Assembly (NCBI GenBank): GCA_976226885.1
Contig: OZ320314.1
Span: forward strand, 90,706,001-90,770,000
Source: Iphione sp. A-MEVVRFRX5
Taxonomy: Eukaryota
Direction: 5' to 3'
DNA length: 64,000 bases
A model generated the notes under the pieces. It had not been told where the DNA came from, ran no database searches, and saw only the letters and a list, made by a program, of their open reading frames with translations. Of the stretch, positions 50,573 to 63,010 are shown piece by piece; the stretch's first letter is position 1; each line of letters begins with the position of its first letter. Position numbers and translations under genes: made by a program.

Positions 50573-53500
50573 CTTTTGTCTATTTTACTCTATTCTATTC
50601 TATTCTATTATTATCACGCACAGAGTGGTGTGGTGTGGGATTTTCGGACGACACCCGTTCATCCCGCAGGCAGCAGGTGGCAGGTCCGGGTAGCCCGCAC
50701 ACATGGCTATAGTAACATTTTAACTGCTTGGGCTGGACGTCCCGCACTCCACGCACAGAGTGGTGGGTGCAAAAGGTTCATGCACATGGGTATAGCACTT
50801 TAGTCACGTTAATCATAGATGGATGATTTTAAAGAAGGAGTGTGATGGTGGGTTAATACGTGCCGTTATACCGTAATCTACCGCGATTTGCAGTTTGTGA
50901 TCCGTCCTGCTATTAATGTCCCTTTCATTTCATATTGCATTAGGCTTTAACACTTAATTAGTTTCTTCGTCGGACACAAACCACAAAGCTGAATTTCCAT
51001 CGAAATTGGGTTTTGGTTTGTAGGAATGAAACGATCATATCAGATGAACCAGAGTAATAGACAATGCCCTCGAGATTGAAAGGAATTCTCTAAAGGCTAC
51101 CATTGACGTGTATATGCAGATCGTCGTACTTTTGTGTTTTTCACTATAATCGGTTTGTAGCAGCCGGTAAGTCGAATTCCTCATAATTGAAACACGGAAG
51201 AGATTACTGCATTAATGTTATGGACTCAAGCTACGGATAGAAGACATTATTTCTTGGTCTTCCTTTGGTGCTAGCACACACATAGTAGGATTGATGTAAT
51301 CTGTCCTTATCAGAATTTATATGGATGCCACACTAGGAACACCGATCATTCAAGCCCAGCTCCCTTTTCTGAGGCGTTACTGAGAGAGAGAGAGGCGTGC
51401 TGTATTTGATAGAGCTCACCAAACGTATTATGCTTAACATGATTGCTGCTTACCCAGAGGCTAGGACCCATCAGTCTTAGTAATGTATTGAAGTCAGGGC
51501 CTTTTGTGCTGCATTGACCTCTGGTGTTCCGTTATTCTCGAGGGGCGACCATTATTGACTACTAGGGACTTCAGCGTACAGGATAATTGACGGGTCTGTT
51601 AAGTAAACAGTATATGACCGAGGAGAAACTTGGCCATTCAGCGAAGGGAGAATCGGATTACTACATATATAAATAGTTGAACTGCCATAAATCCATTAAG
51701 CTCCATTTTCTCACGCTAATCCTATTGTTTCTAACAATACAGTAGTTTGAAAGGAGGACATGTGGAGCATTTCCTCAATCTAAATGAGATTATAACTTTT
51801 ATATCATGTTTTATTTAAAATTCACACCAATGCACTGAGCGAAACTAAAGTTTCCTACCACAAGCTTCGTGCTACTTGACCAATCCATGCTCTCCTCTAC
51901 TTACAAGAGCAAAGTCTATTAAGTATTGCAGCCACCATTACCGGCGCTAGTTCAAGTCATCATCTTTGTCGTGATCTCTTCTTCCTCATATCAACGACAC
52001 GTCACTTTGCGCTTACACTGCCTGGATGTATCTCTGCTGCTGTATAAATCATCTAATGAAGCTCAGCGGTTGCACCAACTTAGGCTTTTTGTAAGAAGAA
52101 TTAAATGAGACCTGATCAGCTGTCAGGGTGAATTTATCTTGCTTTGTATCTACAGTACCTGATGATTGCTGCGCCTCTAAAGAGTATGAAAAGTGATGGG
52201 AGAGCCAGTGCTTCTGAAGCGACAGGGAATCTCACGCCGATTGTCTCATTATACAAGGCTAACTGACTTTTACACGAAGAAATCATATTATGTCCTAAGG
52301 GGATATGGTGAGCGATAAGAAGGATTGCGGCTATTTCTGTAGAAGGAATGCGCTGGTTGTATTTTTTTCCATACTTGTTTTTGTTGATATCACGTCTCTT
52401 TCAGCACACGTAAACACGAGTAGGTTGGAGTAGTGGAACAAAGAATTGGTTTTTTCTTCATCAAAGTTGTTTGATCTGTAATGGCGGCACATCCTAACGA
52501 CCCCGAACAAGTCCAGTGGTACTTGGTGAGTAGTAATTTTGCTAATAAATCCTCTGCTATGCGTCTTTTTTCGAAGACACGCATAGAGCACAAAGCATTG
52601 TAATGAAGGCACGTGTCAGTGTAGATGGATTTGAAGACATTTTCGTCTGGCAGGAAATGTAGGCTTTTGCTTGGGTATAAACACTTGGTAGAATTTACCG
52701 TCACTGGGAGGTAGGATCTTTATCTGCAAACTGCCGTTATGACGATCGTCTTAATTTGCAGGCGTGTATATGGGCGGTTGTTACTGTAGCTATTACCTTT
52801 AATATCTCTTTAGGAGATTAATTCTGTACTTAGATGCCAATCATACAGTGTACCTAGGGAGAGAAACACGCTTGAAAGATACGATTGTTACAGAATAACG
52901 TAATGTTCAGATGGTTTTAGTCGGGTGAGCGAGGCATCTTTAGAATTCTTTTTAAAAATACATGTACTTGTGAAGAAAGTCTGCATGCAAATTTGCATCA
53001 TGAGAACACCAGCCTTGTTTGAATGTTCCATTTTTGAAATTCACAAAGTTGAGTTTCTTCATATCAATGGCCAAGGGCTATACGCTCTTCACCAGTTCCT
53101 AATTCTCAAGTGGCGGACTTAATTACATTTGCCACAGGAAGAGCAAACACAGAAATACAGATACTGGGAACAACACTGTGTTCTGAGATAGGGCGGAGTC
53201 CCCAAGCAGAATTCATTATTTATACTCTCCCAACGACTACTCCTCTACAAGTGCGGGATACAATGACAGCCATTGGGGTTGTTAAGATGCCATGGCCTTC
53301 AGATTGGTTAGATGGATAGAAGTACAACTGTGAGATAATCAATTTTTTCTTATTCTCTCCTTCTGTAAATGACAATCTAACGCTTCTGTCCTGTTTATCC
53401 TTAAGGATGTGAACAAGATTCCATTACTTTCAAGAAATGCTTCTCAATGTACCATTTGAAACGTGAAATTTGAAATTTCCAACAGGTTTTTCTACGCTCA

Positions 53501-56353
53501 CTTGAAAAACATGAAACACGAATCGATCCAACACTTTTTTTATTTAAATGTGCATTTGTATGGAGAACAGATTTCACAGAGTACTGAATATTATTCTGAG
53601 TAAACGAAACGAATGACTATGTACTACAGATACGCAGTTTGGACCTACATGCAGATACATATTGACAGCGCCCCAGTATGAGCTTCCACCTGACGGGCAA
53701 TGCTGGCCATTCATATAACCTCACTTCAAGCCGTTATATGCAGGTAAACACTTGCCATAATACTGCCTCGGCAGCCTTCATTATCTAGGCAAGCGGGCAG
53801 CAGCTGCTACTTTACGGACCACTGCGTGCTTTATTTTAACACAGCCTTATTTTATCCTATTCTACACGGTACAAAGTATCATAATCAGCCAGGCTCCATA
53901 TAATTACTCTAGAACCATTTATCATCACCATAATGCTGTAACGTTAATGTTTTATATCTGTACACTGTACAATAACTACTCTGAAAGTGCTCTAGCCCAT
54001 TCTTCTATTAACTTGGAACATAACACAACCGTGTTGCAGCAGTATTGATGCATATATCTTGAAACGTATTGGCTAATATCACAAATTGAGCGAAATATTT
54101 TTGTGAGAGCGAAGGCAGCCAGTCTTGGGGAAATTATTTTTCTGCTGTGAGGATTCAGAGCTCTCACCTTAAGCATGAGTTACCATCACCCGGAGGGAAT
54201 AGTGTAATGTAAGCTTGTTCTCCCACAAGGAAGGCAACAAGAAAGGATAACAACAATCATAAAATATGGTTCACTCCAAATGCAGAAATTTAGCCTGCTG
54301 GAATGGTGCTCTCTCAGAGTGCAATTGAGAAAATAACTGTTTATTACAGGAAAAAGTATAGTCTTATATACTCCTGTAGAAAGGTCACATGATACCGTGA
54401 TTATGTAATAATGTCTTAGAGTAGTAATGCTCCAGACATATGTCTGGCTTCTGTATTAAAAATAGACCCTGTCTCGACATTCTGTCTAGACTATTGCTAA
54501 AAATAACTTCTGCAATCTTCTGATTGGTTGCTCTTATAGTGGCTCCTGTAAAGTTACTGGAGTGGTTACCAGAGTGGCTATGTGATCACTCTTACACAAT
54601 ACCTGGACATCAGATTACACAATAATGATCAACCCCGATGTCTATTTTTAGCCTATACTCACACCACATGGGGGGGAACCTGGCAGATGGTGATATGTGT
54701 CCACTACAATAGTGAATGCACATAAAAACACCAGGCCATAGACAGTATAAATACATAAATACTCATTGAGCATCTTGCTAAAAATTAGTGCAAATGCATT
54801 CATGAAGGCATGCAGTTGAAAACTAAAATCATCCATAATCCAAATGGGCCGGATGCTGGTACATTTATCTTTTCATTGCAATGAAAGAGGACCGAAAGAT
54901 GATAATGCTGACTGCGCTATTATATCCAGTAGCATATGCAGTGGTAATAAAGCTGACTCAAAAGGAAAGGCTTCTTTCTCATCAACAGACATTACCCAGA
55001 AAACCCCCAGATCACACTTATTTTAAAAGATACAAAAATGGCCTACATTAAGAAATTCGAAAACGCACCATGCCCCTCAGATGTCAAAGGTATTTACGGA
55101 AAAACCTACTTAAGACGAATTGATTTCGCAAGGATTACCAACCACAAGCAAAGCATCTTAAATAAGGTACTGGCCGCAGCTGGGCTCCAAACGAACAGTT
55201 CGCGAATAGTTGCACTGCGTGCAAGCTGTCTCCATCTCAGTGCTATAATTTCCAAAATATCGTGCCAGAGTAATTTCAGGTTGTACACCGACTGTACGTC
55301 CCTCTCTAGTTACTATACAACCAGCCAAAATTGCACGGTTCGCAAAAGCCTCACGTGGATTGAGTTTGCGAAATCCTACAATTTGATCGGCTGTTTCTGG
55401 ATAAGAATTTAGTATATAAAGGGCTTTCTGCACAACTTTGAATCAATATGCGCATGCCACCCGAGGGGCTTATATCATATGACACAGTGTTCATATAGAC
55501 ATTCAGTTGGATATTGTCTCACCTCTTTATTTTGACATAGCCAAGCGTGTATCAGCAGACGATATAAAAGCAAAACGCGTTTTAAAACTTGCACCATTTT
55601 GAATTTGTCATGCCGTAGGGATAGAACTTAAGAGACTAGTCTGAAAAATCTCTGGCCATCTTTGTCATATATACACCCCTTAGTGCGATGAAATAGGAAG
55701 TCGTGAATAGCCGTTGTTCTTTCTAAAAGAAGGGTTTTCGGCCTAGATTAACCCATGTCTGCACGAGATAAAATCAGGACAAATTCTCCACAAAAGCATC
55801 GGCTCAATGCATTATTCATACTCCAGATAGCCCCAGTTGTCTGTATCTTAATTGTATGTATTCTCCAGTTTGTAGCTCATATTCACAAACTTCCATGAAT
55901 ATCACCTATTGGAACATATATACAAAAACCTGGTCCATCAGTGAGGCATGATGATATATTTAAGGGGATCATCGTAAGGTCCCTGAGTTATAACTATGGA
56001 GCAAAGCTCTTGGTGAGGATCTTCCTCCGTGTAAAATTATATTCCAAGACTCATCACGGGCAGTTTTGTAGTTTATTTAGTCACAGTTTTACGTAAAGTG
56101 ATAAGCAATGTACGTCCTCGAGGTGCTGAGGAGTGTAAAACTTACAAATAGTGTTTGGAGAACAGGTTCTTTAATTAGTAGTGCATGTTAAATGGCCCCT
56201 GACCTGGCCCGAACAGAGATACATTTCAACTAGCGAAACCTAAAATTTGACGGTAAGGACTGAAACATCATCAACGACTAAAGTTTGAAATGAGTTGATT
56301 CGACAGTCTACTCGAAGTCTATAGCTAAGGGCCATAATGTGTGATTACCATTA

Positions 56354-56561
56354 CAGGCCCGTAGCCAAGGGGGTATCGGGGGTATCGTCCGATACCCCCC
56401 ACAGGACCCATTAGTTCCACCCAGGGAAAATACATACAAAATCTGGTAAACAGAAGTGAGGGAAAGTGAGGAAAATAAAAGAAAATATGTTGATTGGTTG
56501 CCATGAGTCTGACCTCTGTAATTTCAGATACCCCCCAAAAGGGCTCCTGGCTACGGGCCTG
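56354..56561. mobile_element. 208-bp MITE with 14-bp perfect TIRs and 6-bp TSD (CCATTA)
   Basis: CAGGCCCGTAGCCA...TGGCTACGGGCCTG, with CCATTA at 56348-56353 and 56562-56567. Internal GGGGGTATCG-TC-CGATACCCCC hairpin. Confidence 0.85.
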
Positions 56562-57849
56562 CCATTACATGTATTATTCACCAAATTAAAAAAAAAACTA
56601 GTGTTTTCCTACGGACTGAGGCCCATTCATTTGTTTTTTTAATAAAGATATATGTTTAGCAAGAGCTTTTTAGGAAGACGACAATTTGACAGAGCGTTCT
56701 ACCCTGGGCTTCCGGTGGCTTTCCCTTATACATGTATATGGCAATAAGCTTGACTGATCCATTATGAGGACGCAACGACTTGTACAGGATAGACTATATG
56801 ACAAGCCTCTAAATTTGCACTCGTCTGCTAAAATACACGCCGACCGGTGGTTCTTTAAACACGGTCACTCCATCCTCTTTTATAAACTGATCCTAGAATA
56901 ACTAAAAAGCCGCCGAAAAGACATGACGGGTGACTTGCTGGGTGGGTGGCCGGGGTGGGTGGTTGCCTCCCGAGCAAATGACCTGGCACACAGTATTAAT
57001 TAATATAGATCTGCATTGCTCAAGGGATACCAGTCCGTCTTTAACGGGGACCTCGGGATGTGTAGGCCACAAATAATTCGTACTGGGATATCTGAGGATA
57101 GTTTCTTCAACCCGCGGCTCAGGAACGAGCAGATACCCATGCTTTGGCCACGCCCTCGGTCAAGTCGTGTGGAAATCAATCGACTTCCGACTTCTTACCC
57201 TTCAACCTAGAAGGGACATTTTACCCCTTCTTACCTATATGAGTATCTACTTTACGATGGACTATTTTAGGACCAACACACCTCATACAGTAACACTACA
57301 TGTACATAGGTTCACGTTCTTACTCCGCCTGGGCACGAGTGCCTGCACGGGATTAACATGAAACGTGCTACCCTACATTCGGTGTTGTTACTGAAAAGAG
57401 ACTAGCGACCACCTCTTATACACTCTTTTGAATTATTTATTACATCGTTCAGAACAGTTTTATCTGAACATACGTTTCAAAACTTTATTTTACCTGGTCT
57501 ACTTGCCAGGGCTTAACATATTGTACATGACGTCACAACAAGAATTCGATTACATTGTGTTGGCCATCAACGACGTTTGAGGACAGAGCTGGAGATCATT
57601 TCAGACAGCGTTCCATCAGGAAAAATGATGGCAATACGCCACGAACAAGGTGATTGTGAACTTGCGAACAGACGACAACCACCAAACCACCCTTGCCGCC
57701 GAGTACATAAGTGGTTGAAACCTCACAAGCGAGTTCGTCGGCACGGAGCATCAGGTGCGAGGGCGGTTGTGACTCCAAAGCCAGCTAACTTTCCCAAACG
57801 GTTGCGAAGACACAAGACAGATGGGACATTGTGGACCCCTAGGTAAGAG

Positions 57850-59365
57850 ATGGCTCAGCAGAAGGAAGAACGCCCCCAGTTACGCAGGGTCCTTGACGAG
57901 GATGAGCGCCTTCCAGAAGGGACTGTGTTGTGCCCCCAATGTCTGTAAGCCTTTCTTTAAGGGGCAGTCCCTGGAGCGCCATATTGGAGGCTTACATAAA
58001 GGCAAACGACGGTGCCCCATGTATTGTCTGTTCTGTCTGAGGCAGCTCTCTGAACTGCACTCCTGGGTGGGGCATGTCAGAAAACTCCACCCATGGGCTG
58101 AGGCTATGGGGCTGATTGAAATGCCCTATAATGCCACCTCAGGGCCCACCACTGAGTTGGCTATGCCCGATGACAAAATTACAGATATTATACTAGAGGC
58201 CAGGAGATTACACAACTACGGCTGGCCAGTTGGGCAGGAGGAGGCGGAGGCCCTTGTATCAGGTAGCCCCTTATGTTCGGCACCACCAACCCCTCCCCGC
58301 ACCTGTTGCTGGGGTACGCCCCAGTCCAGCCAATAGAGTTTGCAGGAAGGGGCTTCAACTGACCCAGGAAGTGACATTGAGGATGATGCCAGCCCTTGGA
58401 GCCCTGAAGGAGGCCCCATGATTGACCTGACTGATGAGGACAAGGAGGGCCCTGCCTCCCCACCAGCACCGGGAAATGCCAGCACCGGACTGACACCACA
58501 GGTCAGAGTGGCAGCAGTCAGGGGCCCCCCTGCGCCTCCAAGATGAGGCGACCCCCGTCTGAGCCAGACCGCTGCCAGTACCTGGAGCAGTACTCAACCC
58601 ATAGACCTGTTTGAGTACTTTGACCCCCCCCCCCTGCCAGAGGGAGCCAGCTTGGGGGACAAGGGACTTACCACTTCCAGAGAGCCCCCCAAACAGGATG
58701 ATGGTAGTTGGGAGGCCCCTACCAGCAATGCCTCCTCCTTGGGTCTCCCTTCCCACTGGTACTCAAGGGAGGTGGCTAGCCTGGCTACCCATATTGACAT
58801 GGTGGTGAGGGGCCCTCACAGAAGCGGAAGCCCACAGACATAAATCAGAGTACCTCGATTGACCGCCCCCCCCCAACCAGAGGGCCCTTTGACCAGACTT
58901 ATCCACTGGCTCCAGCCCTCCAGTCAGACTGGTTCAGCAGCTGGGCTGGTGCAGGAAGTGCTGGATGGGCTGACCCACCCATACACCATGGCAGTGAAAA
59001 TGCACCACAAGGTGGTAAAAGTCCGGCTGCCAGAGCACCTCACATAGCCACCCCATCAGTGGGAGACGATGACACTGGCCCAGAGGCTGATGGCTGAGAC
59101 ATCCTAGGCCTGGGTTCTGGCCATGGTGGAGGAGGGGGATGACAACCTGGTGTCCCTCCTTCAAACTCTTCAATGATGACTAGTGCTGAGAATTCTGGGT
59201 TTGGAGGTCAGACAGGCAGGGACTATCGAGGCCACTGAGGCAGAGGCTCAGGCCAACCCCAAACCAAGCGAGCCACTGTACTCATGGGGTGCATGTGCCA
59301 GCAAGCCCCATGCTGAAGGACCTCTGCTCCCAAGTGCCTCCCCAGCAGGGACTCCTTGCCCTTAA
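57850..59365 (+). pseudogene. Decayed ~500-codon gene with two N-terminal C2H2 zinc fingers, Pro/acidic linker and C-terminal helical region; probably TE- or virus-derived
   Basis: AUG at 57850 gives MAQQKEER..VLCPQCL. Removing 1 nt near 57945 gives CPQC-x12-H-x4-H, then a perfect CLFC-x12-H-x4-H. One frame continues to 59365 through 7 stops (58334, 58544, 58841, 59045, 59105, 59174, 59177) that join five listed ORFs. The 3' end is uncertain. Confidence 0.65.
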
Positions 59366-59589
59366 GAACATTCTGACAAGGACGCCTCCACGTCCAGAGG
59401 CCTCCTGCATGAGTGGCACTTGGCAGGATAAACACGACCAGTGAGCAAGACTCTCTATGCCTAGGGGTTAAGTAATGCATTGTAGCCGCAGTATATACTG
59501 GTGACTAAGGGGGGGGAGAGGACTGTTTCACTGCAAGGAATGTTGAGGAGAGGGAAGTGGAGGTAGGTTGTATCTGCTGCTGGGATTTG

Positions 59590-60240
59590 GACAATGGGTT
59601 TTGTCATATCGATGCTTATCCCGTTTTCCTTACACCATACTGAAAGCAATTGTAGGTCCTTGTTAATGCATTCACTAATATAGAATGCAAAATTTCCGGA
59701 ACACAATAATACAGTGTCATGTGCATAAACAATGCTCTATGAGCGCTTACAAATATCTATATTATTGTTTATACAAAGTGTAAACAACAGAGGGCCTAAA
59801 GACCTTGAAGGACCCTGATTTTCAGGGGTGTACAGTCTGCGTATGTAGAATTGAACTTGGTTCTAATTTCTCTTCTTGTCAGATAGGACTTAAACCCCTC
59901 AATCTGCTTATCAAAACCATATTCATTAACTTTCTTTAGGATCACATCATGAATCATGCTGTCGAAGGCTTTCCTAAAGTCTATAAACACTACCACCACT
60001 GAATGATTTCTATTCCAGTTTTCCACGCCAAATTACAAAAGTTTGGCTATTGTACCTCTGGATGAGTGCCCCTTCTTAAAGCCATGTTGGTTCGGTGGTA
60101 GCAAATCCTATCCCATCAAAATCTCTTGTTCTTTCATCTCATTACCTTTTTGTGCATTCCTATGCCACACGAGTGCATTCCCCTGTATCACCAACCTTAT
60201 TCATGATCTGTGAAGTGGGAAATGTAAATATACAGTTAGT
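59590..60240 (-). mobile_element. Decayed CR1-group RT fragment
   Basis: Across frameshifts: PNQHGFKKGHS, VFIDFRKAFDSMIHDVIL, RVLQG, INKDLQLLSVWCKENGISIDMTK. Confidence 0.8.
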
Positions 60241-62448
60241 TTGTTTCCTGTACATGCTTATCTGCAGTGTTATCGGACACAGATGCATACGTAGATGACA
60301 TTTAATATACCTAAAAAAGTATATATTACTCGCTCAGCTCAAAATAGATGTGGATATGTGGACATATTGCTGCATACCAGAAATACTGATAACAGAAGTA
60401 CAGGACCTGCCCTTGTACCTCTCAGCTTTAAAGCGTTGGTTGTAGGAGGGAAATGACACGAAGAAGGACTGCTCGACAAAACTATCAACATCAGAATTTT
60501 TTCTGGAGATACTGCTGCACTACTATAGGTGTATTTGTTGTAAGAGTACTGTGCATCAGCTTATTAAAATATGTAGCTTCTCCATGCCTCTTTTCTTTCA
60601 TGACAAGTAAGGTCTCTTGGAAGAGAATGTACATATATGTACACATGTACCTACTTATTCATCTAATTGCTTCATCAGCCCATGTTCTTGTTTTCATAAA
60701 TGGGTCCTCTCAATCATGTATGAAATTACAATATCTGTCGGAGATGCGCGTAGATAAAAGTTTCTATCTTCAAATGTATCTACATGATGCCGCGAGAACC
60801 GTCTGTATTGCTAGCTCTAAATAAAACAATGACAGACATAGGGATCAGACATTAACGTTCTAATATGGAAAGAGATCACAGCAGTAGCTCTGCCGACCTC
60901 GGAAAACGTCTACCGTGTGTTAGGTGGCCAGATCTCTCCTGTCACAAATTAGCTTTACGTGACTACGCAGGTGGAAATACCGCCCGCACTGCGTTGTATT
61001 TCTAGCTCCATAGGCGATATTACAGGAGGGTTCGCTTGTGACGTTGCGCAGGTCAGCCTGGCTATATCATGGCTTTTTAGGGCATTGCTTTTTACGGCCA
61101 TGATACAAATATCATTGTGCGAAAATTGTTGGGTCAATGGCCGTACCAAAGGGGACGTAAGTCTTGATTAATGACTCATTTGAAACAAATATCCCTTGCG
61201 TTTAGATGATGTCTCGAACTTATGTTATTATCAGTCGATTAAGTGTATGACATGCATTAAAAATCAGTGCAGAAATTCCCAAAAGTATATAACGAAGTAA
61301 AGTATTAGTGTTATCTATATTTTTATGAGAACTGGTTTTGTTCGTAGGCTTGACAAATCGGAACCTGTTTTTTCCGCCAATAAGTCGATTTCTTTGGATA
61401 AGAATTTAACAACAACCCCATGTACAACATTTTAAAAAGAGATTGCATTTTATAGTGGAAACTTGTCAATATCGGGGACAAAATTGTTATGCGCTAACGT
61501 ACTACTTAAACATGGGGGTGATACCATCAGAATGCTCCTTCACCGTGGACGGCCAGGAGGGAATCTGTTCGCTATCATAACTTAGTGTGTAGACAGACAG
61601 CCAATGCTAGGATTAATAAGCAGCCATGTGTTATAGAGAACGAAGAAAGAGAAAAAGAAAACAACAGAAGGGGAAAAAAGTTATATAGCGAGTGAGTGAA
61701 GGATGACATACAACACCAGACGAGTTAATTGGATAGATAGTGTGAAAGAGTTGGCAAAGCATATCCCTTGATATACATACCTACATGCACAGAGGAAACG
61801 CGAAAGACTACGAGAGGAATAATGAAAAAGGAGGCACCAGTTTTGAATAGTTAGCGGGGGATCGAGGGGAATCACAGAGACCCCAGATAAAGCTATTGGT
61901 GGTGGTAGTGAAAGAATTCAAGAAGGTGAGCGACTGGTGAGAGAACGATTGTGAATGGAAGAAAGAAATATGTCTAGGGAGGGAAAAAGAGGTCGGACAG
62001 GATCACCAGATAGACGAGAGTGAGAGACAAATATGTCAAGAGGGACAGAAAGATCTTGGATCGTTCGAGGTGATAGTGCATCAGAGAGAAACCTATCGAG
62101 AGAGAGAGATAGGAGATGGGTGGAGAGAGAGAAGAGAAACAACACTTGGTAATTGGGGAATTGCAGAAGATATGCAGATGGGCAATGTAGATTTTCATTT
62201 CATTGTATCTTTTACCAGGAACTAGATATTCACCTATTATATGACAGGGCTCTTCCATATTTTCCTGCCATCTATTATTGGGAATTGCGAGATCAGAATT
62301 CTGGGGGTTGCACCCTCCTCTTATTTCCAATAGGATTCTGGGATCATTTTGTGCATATGGGATTGAATCCTATACACCTACAGCCTTTTTACGACTAGTA
62401 GAACACTCTGGGTTGGAGCTACAGTAAATCTGTCTGGTCTTGACCAAG

Positions 62449-62521
62449 AGCCCCAAGCTTGGTATTGAACCTGCAACGTCTCAATCAGTGGACCAGTGCT
62501 CTCCCAAAGACCTAACTCCCC
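62449..62521 (-). other. tRNA-derived SINE head or tRNA pseudogene
   Basis: Minus strand GGGAGTTAGGTCTTTGGGAGAGCACTGG...GCAGGTTCAATACC has a degenerate A box and a consensus B box (GGTTCRANNCC) at tRNA-like spacing. It does not fold into a clean cloverleaf by eye. Confidence 0.5.
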
Positions 62522-62647
62522 ACCTAAGATGAGAGAAGCTTAATTTGCTGGGGTTCTTTTGCGCTGTCGCACAGTAGGTTTGTTACACCTGGTGAATCAC
62601 TCTTACAACAAGTAGATTAACTGATAAAACGAGATTAGTATACATAA

Positions 62648-63010
62648 GGCCCCCCCAAAATAGGTGTGTTTCTGGTAACGACCACCCAAAAACCTAGGTA
62701 GGGAGGGGGGTATTTTTTTTGGTTTGTAAATTTTCTTTCCACTTTCTTCTTCACTTCCTCTAGTTTTCAATAATAATGAAGATAATATGAAGGAATTTGA
62801 TGAATTTACAGTTTTTTGCTGAATTTCCATGGAGTTTGTTGTTTTTGAATTTACTGAATTTACCAAAAACAAGTGCTGTGAAAACATGTATTTAAGAAAG
62901 TTCACCCTTGAAAACTCTTTGGGGCCAAAAAAGATTTAGGTAGGCTGAGGTTTTACTAGGTAGGGGTGGGTTACCAGAAACACACCTATTTTTTTTGGGG
63001 GGGGGGGGGC
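62648..63010. mobile_element. ~360-bp MITE with 23-bp perfect inverted repeats plus C/G homopolymer ends
   Basis: AAAATAGGTGTGTTTCTGGTAAC (62657-62679) pairs with GTTACCAGAAACACACCTATTTT (62970-62992). TSD not clear. Confidence 0.75.

Noticed and set aside
54700-55030. Possible additional LINE C-terminal remnant
   Set aside because: Similarity is too faint and spread over several frames to list as a feature.
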